64,000 bases of DNA from Vicugna vicugna (GCA_013265495.1 MU058423.1:7636721-7700720), one strand, 5' to 3'. Positions 11,791-26,669 are shown, numbered from the stretch's first letter. Numbers and translations are program-made. Notes: generated by a model not told the origin, from the sequence alone.

Positions 11791-14700
11791 GACTGTATCA
11801 CTTTTCTTTTAAGAATCACTAAATATATTTATCACTCTCCTATAAGAAACTACAGCAGACAAAAACTGCAAATGGCTCTGGATTTCTCATTCTAAGATTA
11901 CATGTAGACTGATTATTGGATCTGTGTGTATGAAGGAGGTTAACTTAGCCTGTCATTGTTGTCAGTAAGAGATGAGATAAATAATTTAAGCATATCTCAT
12001 TTCATAAGATAAATAAGACTTAAGCTCTGGCCATTAAACCCAATAAACTCTCCTACAAAAATAGAACATAAAATAAAGCACCCCCCAAAAAAACCACTAA
12101 AAATAACATAATTTTTAAAATGTTGTCCATGTCATTCTTTGCAACAAGTTAATAGACAACTGTATCGTAAGGAGTTAGCAGTTTTCTATTTGCAAAACTT
12201 AGGGTAGAATTAATATTACTGAGACCAAGGATGAGCCCAGTCCCAAACCTGATAAATTTTGCATGCTTTTCAAGTCACTAAATTCTCAGGACTCCTAGTT
12301 TACACATGAGAAAACTGAGGATCAGAGATGTTAACCAAACTTCCCTTGGTAACAGTAAACTTTAAATTAGAAATGCATTAGATTAGAAACACAATCTTTT
12401 TGAAAATTAAAGTATATTTGCCAATAATTCACTTTGGATAATTTTTAATGATACTGTTACCAGGCAAAAGTTTTAGCTAGAATTTCTAGAACATAAGTAA
12501 AGAAAAGTGAGAAGTTGATGTATGGTAAAAATGAAAATAAAGAACGGAAGCTTCAGTTAGGAATTAGTCATTCAAACTCCTTCAGGGTCCGACCAATGTG
12601 AGTCTGCATAATCGTAAAAAAATTTTTAAGGAGCAGTAAAGAAAACAGGTCTGCCTGTAGCCATTTTCCCTTCCACTGGTTGCCACCTGTTGCATTATTT
12701 CCGAAGTTTTCCAGTGGCTTTCAAACAGTGTGTAATGGCTACAAGGAGACGCTGAGAAAGTACATGAGAAACTGCCACAGGGGAAGTTCTGAGAGGGAAG
12801 ACACAAAGTCCACCTCTTCTTTGTATAGAACTCCATTTTTAACACTTTTATAAATTTGAATTCCTACTAATTTTTTTGAAAGAGTTTTGCTGCTTTGAAA
12901 AAAAAAAAAACCCTGGTAACTACTGAACAATGGAGTCAAGGGGGTTTCAAATATTTTAGATCCATTTCTATGCTTGACCTCATAGGCTCAATGGAAAGAT
13001 TCCGGGAGGTAAGAGTGGCCTGAGGGAAGGAGGTCAACTGGTGTACAGTCATTTCATAAAATACTTCCTATTTTAAGTCACAGACAAATACGGCCTGTGA
13101 GGTCAGAAAATAGGGCTTCAAAGGGCTGTGGTGCCTACAGAAAGTGACTGCTGCAGGAAGTAAGCTGATTGGACCATCAGGGTGTCCTGTCCTAAATTAG
13201 CCTTTCCAAACACCTCCACACTTTATAAGAAAAAAAAGAAAAATCTCCCTTAATGTCATCTTCAAAAGCAAAGGTCTCTCATGTAGGTATTTTAAAAACA
13301 GAAATCTTTCAAAAATATTTACAAGGAAAATTATACCACTATTCACTGGAAAATGTTCATGATACAATCTTATTTATCTTCTCATACCCTAGGGCAAACT
13401 GAATTTCCTGTTACTGGAAGGACATACTGCTTTCTGAGAACATGCCGACTGAAAACACGGTGTTTCACTATAGACCTAAACATCATGTCTCTGATTCCAT
13501 TTACCTCAGTGTATATAGTTGACTTAGTCATTGCTATTTACATATTTTTGAGTAGGTTATTTTCTTGAAACAAATATGTATTGCATAGTTATACAATACG
13601 CTGAAGTTAAATTTCCATAATATCTCTAGTATCTAATGAATTTTCTTTAAACTTGACAATTAAAGCCTTCTTTAAACTCTGATTAAACTACTGCAGACCT
13701 CTTTTTCATGTACTTTTCTTAGAGACTCAGGGTTACTTTGGATTATTCAAGGTTATTATGGCTCCTGGTTGGGCTCCAGGGACAAGACAGATATTCTCAT
13801 TCTGCCTGTCTTCGAGAGAGATGACATGAGTAACAGGATACAAAATGAAGAAGTCTCTAGGTTAGTTGAAGTATTTTTGCTTGGCAAAATTACAGAGCTA
13901 CAGAATTATGATAATTACCTCATACCTTAATCTATTTTCTCTTGTTCATTATCTTGATTTCCTTTCTAACTATTAGAAGCTATGCATTACCTTGGAGGGC
14001 AAATAATCCTGGGAGATTTCTTATGTTATAAAAGTTAGGGAAATTAAAAGTTAGAGAAACTTTCCTCTCTAATCACCCCAACTCTAGCATTTTCTGAGGC
14101 ACACTATAATTAATTAATACATTTTTACTGAACTGGACAGATTCTGGTACAGGGAAGAGTGACAATCTAACAGTTCAGTGTAAATCTAGCATAGAATCAG
14201 AATAAGAAAATAACTTCCTGAAACCTTCCTGAATCTATTACACTAACAATAAAAAGTAGAATAAATCATATTCATTTTTGAAAATGAGTGCTATGTAAGT
14301 TTTGGAAAGGTTAAAGAGTAATTAAGCTTTGTAAAGAATTTTCACCATAATTTTACAAATTAACATTTCCAGCATTTTGTTAATAGAATAGTCTATCAAT
14401 CTCTATGTAATTTGCTGGAGGTAAAAAGAGAGTAAACAATATTTTGTCTGGGAGACTACCAGTATACTTAGAAATAAGCATGCAAACAAACAATTGCAAT
14501 GCAATTATCTGGAGATTGCTTTATAAAGGTGCACGTAGGCTGTAGTAGATCATGAGGGTATAAAACAATAAAGTGAAGCAAAGGCAGTCAAAGAAGGGCT
14601 TCCCAGGTGAGGCTGATTTTGAGTGGAAGTCAAGGAGAAGTACGAGCTGTGAGCATATGCAAAGTCAAGACAATGTTAAAAAAAAAAAGTAACAAATTAA

Positions 14701-15339
14701 GGGAAGATGACAGAATGCAAAGAATGAAAAGACACACAGTAAAAGACAGAAGTACAAATTATGGCAATACAAATGAGAAGTGCAGAGAGTTGAGGGCAGA
14801 AAACATATTAGAAAAGACCTTGCAAAAATATATTAATATGATATTTGACAATAAAAAATGCTAAGTCATTCAACTGAGAAACAAAAATAGTAATAGACTT
14901 TTCACCTTCTTTAAAATACCTACATTAAGAATACACAAATTCCCATTTAAAGTAAAATAATTAATGATAAATATTTTTCAAAAGTAAAATTTTAAAAGAC
15001 TGCCTAATATTCCATTGTATTGCATTTAATAATTCTTGCTTATAGAATTCTTACTTAGATTATTTTTAAAATTTCAGTATATTAATTATAGCCGAGATGA
15101 GTAGATTATATATATCACAGGTTATTTCTTTAGGGCAAATTTCCACAAAAGGAATTACTAGATATTTAAATTTTTCAAACTTCTGGGTCTTTCTATCAAA
15201 TTACTCCAAAGAAAGATAACACCAATTTATATTCAAACTGCCTCTACCCCTTAGTTTTACCTGTACTTAAAACCCCCCAAATTTTATTACAAATGGATGC
15301 TAAAGTTTGTGGGCTAGCCTTTGACAGAAAATAGGGTTT

Positions 15340-15825
15340 TCAAATCTTAAAATGCCTTCCCGCAAGTATATAAGCCAAAAATAGTGACTTTAACATAGAA
15401 ACACCTAGCATATACCACTTCAACCAAGTAATTGAAGTTGACATCATCAGTAATAGGATCAAACTACAAGACTCACTAGAAAGAACAAAGCCTCACTGTC
15501 ATGGTGTTCTTGACAAAATATACGTATACCCTGATATGAGCATGAGGAACAACTGACTAACACAAATCAAAGCAGATTCTATGAAAGAAACTAGCCTGTA
15601 AGGTTCAAAGTGGCAAGATCACGAAAGATAAAGGAGGGGAGAGGTCCGGGGGAAACAGAGGGATGGGGGCTGAAAGGGAGATAAATGAGAGAAAGAATGA
15701 TGAAGTCAATGGGGCAAAATGTACATAATTGCTGATTATGGGTAATGGGTATTTGGGAGTTTCTTTTACTATGTGGCTTTTCTGTAAATCTACATTTTTA
15801 TCAAAATTTAAAAGTTACAAAAATT
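15340..15825 (+). mobile_element. L1MC-type 3' UTR fragment
   Basis: accacttcaaccaagtaattgaagttgacatcatcagtaat; tgggtaatgggtatttgggagtt. Confidence 0.6.
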
Positions 15826-15891
15826 GTCAATGCGATATAAACAAGCCATAACTTAAAGAGCAAAGAATCTGGTTAAATACGCTATCTATTA

Positions 15892-16885
15892 CAAGCAATC
15901 CTCACCTTGCATGGTATCATAGAAACGGAATAGAAACGTGAAAGCTGGAAGCATGTAAAAGAGAACTTAATGATCAAAGGGGAAAACCGTGATTATTCCA
16001 CGATCTTTACAAATTCTTCGTCAAAACATTAAAATATCAATTAACGTCGGCTATACATGCATAGGGAAGTGAAAAAGCTGGTATTTATTTTATGTACTAA
16101 AATTTAGAACACTGGAAACCCTGAGAATTAATGTCTTTTCTTTGTAAAAACTTATCAAGAGTAATTTGGGGAGCGTTTGCCTTTCTATGACTTGGGAAAC
16201 TGTATTATTCGGTCGTAAGTTTGAGTCAGCTCCAGCCTTCTATTCTTTGCATTTTCAGTGCCATGAAATATCTCCAAATGTTTCTTTAACGTGAAGTTTT
16301 TGCCAGTGTCACTTCCTCTGGGACATCGTCAGCATTGCATCAAGATCACTTTTCTCACTTAAGTTGATAATTTCATCCTCATTAAATTCTGGTGGCTGCA
16401 TATCTAGTCTTTCCAATGGTGTAAGTGTCAACATTCGCGTGGTTAACTGCTTCTTCTATAGCTCCATTTTCATTCACCTCAAATTCACTTCCAGTGTTGT
16501 CTCTTTGGTGCACTTTCATTTTTATTGGTCAATTCTCACTTCTGATTATTAATTTTTGTAAAATGTCAAGTGGATTTATCATTGGGAAAAAGGAGGCAAT
16601 GCCACTACATGTTTTGCTCTCTGTATCAGAATTAAATAAGAGATGCAGAGTGACCCATCACTGACAGACACTAAATAAAGTGATACGATGGGTCACTGAT
16701 CACTGATCTGTTATAATCTGTGGACTAAAGAGCTAGCAGAGAAATGTGCACTTTATGCATTTACTAACAGTCATCATGCTATGGTAATGGAAATTTGAAC
16801 CTTGCTGAAGGAGTGCTATTACTTAACTAAACCATGGTAACTAATGTTTGTGGATCTAAAAACCATACACAACAAGGGCAGCCTG
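15892..16885 (-). mobile_element. Tc1/mariner (Tigger6-like) internally deleted DNA transposon
   Basis: TA on both sides (15890-15891, 16886-16887); degenerate TIRs caagcaatcctcaccttgcatggt / accatacacaacaagggcagcctg; minus-strand remnant LDMQPPEFNEDEIINLSE resembles a Tigger transposase acidic C-terminus. Confidence 0.75.
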
Positions 16886-19112
16886 TACTTTCTTTTTTGA
16901 TGTTAATGAGAAAAATACTTTAACCTTGATAATAATGAATTTTTAAGTAGATAAAAATATACTGAAAATTCTTTGAAATGACATGTCTGAATTCTCACTG
17001 ATTCACTGTGGCTACTAATGGGTTTCCAAAAACTCAGTGGTGGGTCAGAACAACAGGGATCTACTTCTAGTTCTGCCATTAATGTGTCACATGATTGTGA
17101 TGAATCATGTAAATTCCTTTGAACTTTTGAATCATCTATAAAAAAGAAAATCGTAATACATTTTTTTCTGGGACAGTTCCATCGTACTCTTGTTGTCCTG
17201 GAATTGTTATTCATAGCTACTTTTCCACTCTAAAAACTACCCCAATTTGGAGAATGAATTATATAGCCTGCCCCTCATCCAATCTTTTCTGTGTCAGAAG
17301 TTTTGTCTCTATGCCAAGATTGAAATACTACTTGTGACAGAGTAGCTTTGGCATTGCAAAGCTATAATTGTTATCTACAATTACAAAAACATCATACTTG
17401 CTAATTAAAAAACAAAAAACAACTTCAAAGATGACCCTTAAAATATATTCTACGGTGTGTAACTCTATTCCTCCCATTTTCTGTCTCACATATTTTTGCA
17501 AGTGATACCAAATTCTTATAAAAATTGCAACCTTTTATCACTTCTTTACTACAAACTCACTTTTGCCACTAAAAAGAGTTCTGTGTAATTAAATCTGCTA
17601 TTAATAAGCATACTATACACCTAGTGAACTGTCCTATGTAACAGAGCCAGCAAGGTAAAAGCCCACGTAGAAAAGTGATCCAAGCCAAGTCTGAACTTTG
17701 AAACATGATGATATTGGTTTATAAATTGAATTACACATCTTTAAAAGATATTTTGACATTTTTATGTGGTTCAGAACAATGGAACAACAAACAGTGGTTA
17801 GGCAAAGAGGTCTAATTTTACTTGATATATCAGAACTGCTCCAGCAATTTTGTTGTAATCATCTCCAACATTTATCTCAGACATTAGCATTGAGAGATTA
17901 AGATAGTGATAATCTTCCTACAGATCTGTCAAGTTTCTAAATGTAAACTGTGAACACAAACACCCCTAATCATATCTTAATGTTCACTCTGAGCTACATT
18001 CAAGCAGGGAAATGTTGTATGCAATTTGATGACAATAAATCAAGAATGTAAGCAAGATACACATTATTTTTCTTGATTTAAATCCTGAAAAGAAATACCA
18101 GAATGTTTTACCTGAATGTTATTTTATACCTAATGTTTTAGTATATTTGATACCAGATGTAATTTTTCTGATCTTTCTAATAAAGTGCAAAATTCCAAAT
18201 TTTGTGTTGAAGATCAAAATCAATAATATATTTTCCTTTGTAATCTTTGCCTCTTGACATAGCATATTTGGTTATTTATAAGATTATATATAGGAAGATT
18301 TAAATCCTACTTAGTTTGATATTTAAAATATCACCTTTACTAAAAAAAAGTTACGTGGACATTAATATGTCCTGGAATTACCAAGTTATATATATGATAT
18401 CATATATAATGCCTTAATTTAATCCCTTATAACTAAATTCTAGGACCAAGATTTTATGTACAGCATACAAATTGTACAACAAAGACCCACATTATAGTAA
18501 CTTTGACTTATTTCAAATATATCCTCTAATATATTTTGGCCAAAATTCTTCAATGGAATACATATGCGTAAGTACAATATATTATAAAACTCTGCCAATC
18601 TTCAACTGTTCAGCCAGTCATTTTCAAATGTGTTTATCTTTAAATATTTGATGTTATCAAATTATTACAGGATCTCAGTATTTTTCAAATAGTGGATGTT
18701 ACAGAAAAGAACACTGAATCATTCATGTTACTTGGACTGGGCAAACCAAGTAACTTTTCTCTGACTCTCATTTTCTAAGTGTAAAATGAAGGTTATCAGA
18801 TTACATTATTTCCAAGTTTCCCATGTTCTGTGGTTTTATAAGGGGCTCAGTAATAACATTCTTTATAATTTGCATTATTTATAATTATTTTGGGTTAGAT
18901 TTAATTTTTTAATTTATCCACGTATTTATTTAAAAATTTAGAATTCTTACAGAGTCCTTCCAATTATTGCCCACTGTCTGTGGGAAATCATAAAAATATA
19001 ATATGTTTTAAAGGTTTACTATCTGTAAAAACATTAAGTAATTTCATTTATGTCATCTCCCTTAATTCTTTCCATGTTTCCAATGATGGGAATATGGTTA
19101 TCATCCCCATTT

Positions 19113-19183
19113 AAGAAAAGGAAGGAAGGAAGGAAGGAGGATAGGAAGGAAGGGAAAGAAAGAAAGAAAGAAAGAAAGAAAAA
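19113..19183. repeat. (GAAG)n/(GAAA)n microsatellite inside a MIR
   Basis: Directly visible; MIR-like flanks (tatcatccccattt / gggcttagaga...gaggtcatgcagctaataagt). Confidence 0.85.
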
Positions 19184-21165
19184 AGGGCTTAGAGACTTAG
19201 ACTACATAATAGATCCTCTGAGGTCATGCAGCTAATAAGTACATGGTAGGGATTTAAGTCCAGATTTGCCTCACATTAAAGTGAATGCCCGTAAACACCA
19301 AATTACAGTATGGAATGAGTGGGAGACTTTACTTTATTTAAGAATTACAAAATATCTATTAAAAGAGTAAATTTTTTTTCTAAACTTGACTTTGATTTGG
19401 CATTTACGTAAAAATATTACATATGATGCTTTCTAGCTGCAAAATCTGGGATATCACACAGAAGTCTGAATAGCTAATTTAATGAATATCTTTGTTGTGC
19501 CTATATTTAATCCAGTGCTATTTTTGAAAAGTGGAACTTCTTAAAATAAATATATGTTGATTATCCAGAAATAAGTAAAAGCTTACTTTATGTCAAATAA
19601 AAATGACAGAACAAAAGAGTTTATTTTAACAGTGCACTGTGTTCTAATTTGTTTATGACATACTGAGTTTAGGCATCATTTTAGCAAAGTCAATTTTATC
19701 AGTAGTTGAATAAACAGTTAAAATGCTTTTAAGAACCACTCAAATCCAGACTGAGATTACTGCTGTAGCTAACTTTTGTCCTAGCCTCTAATTCTCGCCT
19801 CATCTAAATAAACTCTTGTAATTTTTGCGTATTTACTTTTTGAAATACCAGATAGACAAAAACACTCCCGCCTTCATGGAACTTAATTCTATTGGGGAAG
19901 ACAGACAGCACTAAAAATTAGTCATTTCAGACGTCTGACTTTGGATATATTACTATATAGTTCTCTATCTTTTCTTATAGTAAAGGTACTGCCTGCCCCT
20001 AATTCTAAAAACCCACCGTTTAAGCCAGAGAGTGCCGAACTTTTAAAAAAGCAATATTCATTTCAACTTTTATGCACCTCATTCCCCTAACTGGAAAACT
20101 TCCCTGCTCCATTTATAAAGCTTGCCCATTTGAAAATCCACTTCAAGCTTCAACTCTTCAGTGAAGCCTTTATTGAACTTGTGATATTTCTTCTTTTGTG
20201 GCATTGTGTTATTTAACTTTCTATGTTCTTTAAAACACTGAGTATTATACTTTTTAAAACACATATAATACCTGGCAGGGTCTTATGAGTATAAAGCTGC
20301 TCACTAGCATAGAGAAATAACGGACAACTCCTAACACAAGGACAATTCTAAAATGGCCCAGGAGCACTTGATTCAGTGACCAAAATTCATTTCAAGATAC
20401 TAATTAAGTTACTTTCTAAATGTGACATAGTTAGCCTTTAAAAATGAATATATTAAATAATATACTCTAATTATTTGAGATCGTTAACTATTCATTCCCT
20501 GTGTCCCACATCCATGATTTTTAGAGCCAAGTTTGCCTTTTTCATTCATTCATCTGTCCTCACTAAGTCAAATACTTTGATCTGCAAAGCTTAGAATATG
20601 TGATGTAAGTCTTAGATTTCCAAAAGAAAATCTCAATGAGGAAATCCACAAATAAAGGTTTTTCTCTTTGCTGCTTTGGGTGATTCTGATGACTTGCCTG
20701 AAATATGCTTTCTAACCTTTTCGATTAGAGTCAATGATTATTTCAGAGTAGGTAATTGAGTCTAATCTGGACAGTAGCTTAGAATTTGATGGCTGAACAT
20801 TTTGTAATTGAAAGCAGTAAAACTGCAACTGTCAAACTTTTCCTTATACGGCGGCACCATGGGTAGAATTTTCATAGACTGTTCTTATTGTTAGTACTTT
20901 TCCAGAGATTCAGAGTCCCCAGGCCCTGAAAATCCACTCTCCCATTGAGAAATGTTTATTTTTCCTTTCAGGAGACTTTGGACAGCAATTTCTTTTTACG
21001 GTCTCTGGAAATATACTGGAGGCAAGAAGCAGAATGGCCAAAGGGAAGAAAAACAGGAAATCACCCATTGGTTTTCTTAGATTCTGTCTTGAAATGCTCC
21101 AAAAGATAGACAGAGCTTGGTGACAACAATGTGAGAAGGGCATTCTGAGAAAACAAGGCACCTAC

Positions 21166-21226
21166 ATGTATGTATGTATGTGTGTATATGCACACACACA
21201 CATACACACATACACACATACACACA
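21166..21226. repeat. (TATG)n/(CA)n compound microsatellite
   Basis: Directly visible. Confidence 0.9.
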
Positions 21227-21259
21227 ATCTTATTCATAAATGGTGGGGAGGAAAATAAA

Positions 21260-21430
21260 GAACCTAATATTTTTTGAGCACATATTGTGTACCAGACACT
21301 ATGCCATGTCCTTTAAAGATATAACAACAATGTGAAATAGACATTATTACATCAATTTTCAGATAAAGGAAGCAATTCCAGAGAGGATAAATAACTAACT
21401 CAACATCCCACCAGTATCAAGTGGTAGATG
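21260..21430 (-). mobile_element. MIR SINE
   Basis: ttgagcacatattgtgtaccagacactatgc...attttcagataaaggaagc...agaggataaataacta. Confidence 0.7.
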
Positions 21431-23211
21431 AGATTTTTTAAAATTATGGCTTTAAACCACTGGCCATTCCATCAGCATACACCCTCTGCATGCCCATCAT
21501 GTTAGTGTTCAGGGACAGGCCTTCCATTCCTAGAAGCAATATGGACCACAGAAAGAAGAGATTTGACTGAAGATGTTTTGGAGCTAGAATTCTTCATTAA
21601 AATATAAGCCCACAGAAATCCAGCTCCATGAAATTTGCCTGATTTTTGTTTCATTCATTTATGATTTTTTGTCTGATTGTTGTTATTTAATGAATTCTAC
21701 CACTTTCCTATCGTCCACTATGAAGTTCTTTAAATTCCCCATGCTGTAGAGAAATTTCTCCCAATGTTTTCTCCAGTGCTATAGGCATGATATTTTTCAA
21801 ATATGTAAAACACCTTTATAGATAAACTCCCCAAGTACACATTCACCCTTTAACTTGATACCCAAGCAAACTTCTTATAGAAATTTTTATAGAAATAATG
21901 TCGCATCTTCTATATAATCTAAGTAAATTTGAATTTAGTACTTAAGTATAGTCTTCAATTATTTGAAAGATATGTTATATGTCCTGGTTCAATGTAGGCA
22001 TGCAATACATTCTAGTTGGGGGGCTAATAAAAAACTGATTATCATTTCCCTGTGTTGCTTAATAAGCCTGTTTCTATAGTCACATTGCCTGTTACTTTGT
22101 CCTTGGGATAATAAAAAAAGATTTTAGGAAAATACTGTCAGAATTAATAAAAGCAACCATTTTGTGATGTAATCAATTTTGTGGTATAATTTTTCTGCAT
22201 TATCAAATGAATCAGTCATCTGTATTACCTAATGGATTAGTCAAGATAATTAGCAATGATGGAGAACATCAGCTTGAATGTGTATATGCCCTGTGCGTTT
22301 GTGTGTGTGGGTCTGTGTATGTACTGATGACATCATACACATATACATAGATTCCTATTAATACATTCATACATACACATACACATAAATAAATGTATTT
22401 CTGTAAGTGTTGAAATACAATGCAGAAGAAAATGGTCTCTGATTGCTGAGTTGATTCAAAAAATTTTTTGGTTGGCCTAATGATCCTTTTTTAGTAATCC
22501 ACTATGCATTTCTATATTAACTAAGAACTGAAATGAAGAAGGCATCTAAAAATTTTAAGCAGATATATGTAATTATTATAGAGACATACTGGTACAAAGC
22601 ACTGCACTTAATTTAAGTGAGAAAACTCTACATGTATCAAAAATATTAATAATTTATTTGAAATTTAAAAAATGAACAAAAGTAAATGAAGCTGAAATGA
22701 AACACAAAGAAAATAATCTCCTGCATTGTTTAAGCATTTCATCTTAATTATATCTAGAATACCTACAAGAAAGGAACTAATTTTACCTGATTAAAAAATC
22801 TACAGAGATTCCAAGATTCATTTGTTTTTTAGGAGGATGAAAAATCATGTAATGATTAACTACTTCCATAATTTTGTTCATTAGGCAGACATTAACAGAT
22901 ATGGTTGAAATAAATTCATTGCTCCAACTTCAATCTTTTAATAAAGGATCTGAGGTAAATACGAATATGAGATGTAAGGAAATAACTGAGAATGTTCATT
23001 TTATGCAATGAAAAGAGAATCTGGATTTGCTCTTGAGTTACAGAATTGTCCTTTGTCTGAGAGAATGTGTTTGAAACACCATGTCACAAGATGTTCCCCT
23101 CCACACATCAGTCTCTAGGATGGGAATATATCAGCCAGGAATGAGGACTCTTTAGAAGAGACAGGAAGGATTAAGCTGCATCTTCATGGTTTTAGGAACA
23201 AATAATTAATT

Positions 23212-23249
23212 GGGGGGGGAGTTATAGCTCAGTGATAAGAGTGCATGTT
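23212..23249 (+). pseudogene. 3'-truncated tRNA-Ala(AGC)/vic-1 SINE head (tailless)
   Basis: ggggggggagttatagctcagtgataagagtgcatgtt matches the 5' part of the complete SINE at 26670-26798 and stops just before the AGC anticodon; no B box and no tail. Confidence 0.65.
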
Positions 23250-23299
23250 GTAATAAATTAATATAAATATAGTGGCTTGAAACACACAAATTTAATATC

Positions 23300-24783
23300 T
23301 TTTTTATGTTATTTTTGATTTTTTATTTTATTTATTTTATTGATTTATAATCATTTTACAATGTTGTGTCAAATTCCAGTGTTCAGCACAATTTTTCAGT
23401 TATACATGAACATATATATATTCATTGTCACATTTTTTCTCTGTGAGCTACGCTACNNNNNNNNNNNNNNNNNNNNNNNNNNNNNNNNNNNNNNNNNNNN
23501 NNNNNNNNNNNNNNNNNNNNNNNNNNNNNNNNNNNNNNNNNNNNNNNNNNNNNNNNNNNNNNNNNNNNNNNNNNNNNNNNNNNNNNNNNNNNNNNNNNNN
23601 NNNNNNNNNNNNNNNNNNNNNNNNNNNNNNNNNNNNNNNNNNNNNNNNNNNNNGGTGCAGGTGTCATCCTGAAGTAGGGCTCCTTCTGGATATATGCCCA
23701 GGAGTGGGATTCCTGGGTCACATGGTAAGTCTATTCCTAGTCTTTTGAGGAATCTCCATACTGTTTTCCACAGTGGCTGCACCAAACTGCATTCCCACCA
23801 GCAGTGAAGGAGGGTTCCCTTTTCTCCACAGCCTCTCCAGCATTTGTCATTTGTCGATTTTTGAATGATGGCCATTTTGACTGGTGTGAGGTGATACCTC
23901 ATTGTAGTTTTGATTTGCATTTCTCTGATAATTAGTGATATTGAGCATTTTTTCATGTGCCTATTGATCATTTGTATTTCTTCCTTGGAGAATTGCTTGT
24001 TTATGTCTTCTGCCCATTTTTGGATTGGGCTGTTTATTTTTTTCTTTTTAAGTTGTATGAGCTGCTTATATATTCTGGAGATTAAGCCTTTGTTGGTTTC
24101 ATTTGCAAAAATTTTTTCCCATTCCATAGGTTGTCTTTTTGTTTTACTTATGGTTTCCTTTGCTGTGCAGAAGCGTGTAAGTTTCATTAGGTCCCATTTG
24201 TTTATTCTTGCTTTTATTTCTATTGCTTGAGTAGACTGTTCTAGGAGAACATTTTTGAGATGTATGTCAGATAATGTTTTGCCTATATATTCCTCTAGGA
24301 GGTTTATTGTATCTTGTCTTTTTTTTAAGTCTTTGATCCATTTTGAGTTGATTTTTGTGTATGGTATAAGAGAGTGTCTAGCTTCATTGTTTTACATGCT
24401 GCTGTCCAGTTTTCCCAACACCATTTGCTGAAGAGACTGTCTTTATTCCATTGTATATTCTTGCCTCCTTTGTCGAAGATCAGTTGACTAAAAGTTTGTG
24501 GGTTCATTTCTGGGCTCTCTATTCTGTTCTGTTGGTCTATATGTCTGTTTTTGTACCAATACCATACTGTCTTGATGACTGTAGCTCTATAATGTTGTCT
24601 GAAGTCTGGGAGAGTTATTCCTCTTTCTTTCTCTTCAGTAATGCTTTGGCAATTCTAGGTCTTTGATGGTTCCATATAAATTTTATTATGATTTGTTCTA
24701 GTTCTGTGAAATATGTCCTGGGTAATTTGATAGGGATTGCATTAAATCTGTAGATTGCCTTGGGCAGTGTAACCATTTTAACA
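23300..24783 (-). mobile_element. Relatively young 5'-truncated LINE-1 (ORF2 C-terminus and 3' UTR) inserted in an MLT1 LTR remnant
   Basis: ORF 23453-24187 encodes the L1 ORF2 C-terminus with the CCHC motif ([18 protein letters not shown]); ORF 24325-24507 ([27 protein letters not shown]) is in another frame; T-rich tail on the left; imperfect flanking repeat aaatttaatatctt / aaatttatgatctt. Confidence 0.95.
23457..23653. other. Assembly gap (197 N)
   Basis: Run of N inside the L1. Confidence 1.
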
Positions 24784-26669
24784 ACAATAAATTTATGATC
24801 TTAAAATTAGGTAAGTCAAAAATTTGACATAGGTCTCACTGGGCTAAACTCAAGGTATCAGCCAGGTTCCACACATTGTTTCAAGCAGTTAACATAAATC
24901 AATTTATTTAGTTCATACCACACACACAAAAGTTTCATATTTTCCCAATGTCTATTTCAGAGAAGAGGAAATCAAGCCAAAGTGTGGTTAGGTAACTTGT
25001 CTAAGGCCATACAGTTAGTGTTTTAGAGCCAGGATAATAATAATCAGCAGTAAAATATTTGAGAGGAGGATTATCCTATGTTTTAATAAGCTTAGATTTA
25101 AAAAAAATAAGCAAATATATTTGACTTAATAATTGGAAGACAGAAACTGAGGGGCAAGAAATGGGTTAGTTATTTCTATCCTAGAAAGGAGAAAACAGTA
25201 CATTGACTCTTTATGACAAATGAGACTTATGGAGAAAACATCCTGGGTGCAAGAAATTGATCCCAAAGCTAAGATCTTGCTATCTGCTGCCATATTTCTT
25301 GGATAAAAAACACCTGCCATCTTTATTTTCACTCTGTCACCCACTCCAGATTCTCCACTACTGAAATGAGATTTCTGTCTGGTTAGTGGAAAACTACCAC
25401 TTTCTGTTTCTCTCAGACGTGTCCCATGTATCCATGGTCACCTGATTTTCTGGATGATAAATTCTGTTTTCCTACCTACCCTTCACACTGCATCCAGAGG
25501 GGTCCCCAAAAGTACTGACCCTTAAGCAGAGTCATTTGTCCCTTTATCCCAGACCATTGAGAAGGACAGACTTGTGTCATAAATAGGGCCTAATTTGGAC
25601 TCCTCTCCACACCCATTTTAAACACACTTCCTTAAAAGCACTGATTCTTCCATTTTTCTTTAAAAACAAAACATTTAATGTGAATTAAGTAAACATGAGG
25701 ACTTTTTCCTCCAATATAGTTATGAAAATATTGACAAGCAAAGGATCATTCCCGTATTCACCCATCCTATAGTTTGTTTGATCAAATGCAAACATATTAA
25801 ACAACTCTCAATACAAGTCATAATTTTTTATCACCAGAAAAGTAACCATAAGTTCTTTAGTGAAATAATTAACAAATTCAAGATATATAACCAATAAGGT
25901 GATGTACTCCTCTGGTCCACCTAGCAATAGTATTGAATGCAAAATATATCACATTTAATTATTTTTTCAATTGACATTAATTTTCTCAGTGAACTTATAG
26001 TGACACCTCATGTATGTTATGCTCTTTCCTAAAGTGCCAAAATGTTCTATAACAAGCTTAGATTTCGATCAAAGATTTATCTCATATTCCCAGTTTACAG
26101 TTTTTGACTTTCTTGTTTTTTCTTTAAAAGAGAAGGGTCATGGACTTATCTCTAGGCTTAAAACAGCAACCATCGTCCCATTGTTTTCATAGTTTCTCAA
26201 AGATAAACAAGGAGAGGTTCCACAGTAACACTGCAAAGGTATTTCAGTTCTTAAATATGTGATCCATTGGAGTTTCAACACAGAAACATATTAGAAATGA
26301 CTATACTTTCTCTTACTATTTATCACTTAATTAAGCATTAATTACTTTTTTTTCTACTTTGATGAATCTTATCGCTTAGAAATATAAGAGAAAAAAATAA
26401 ATATATACAAAGAATCTTACTATATTCTTTCAAATCTTATTTCTGCCACCAACAAGTTGTGTGACTTTAGGCCAATTTAAATGTTCCGTGTCTTAGTTCT
26501 CTCCTCTACAAAAATGAGAATTGTATTATGACACATCTCAAAGGGTTGTTGTGAGAATCGAAGGATATCAGATAAAAGCACTGTTACTATCTTCTTTTTT
26601 ATATCTTAAAACTTTACCCCATGCCATTTTTTATTTCAGTTTTACTCAAGCATAGTATTTATTTTTTTT

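Noticed and set aside
23340..23748. ORFs spanning the X run
   Set aside because: Artefacts of reading through the N gap
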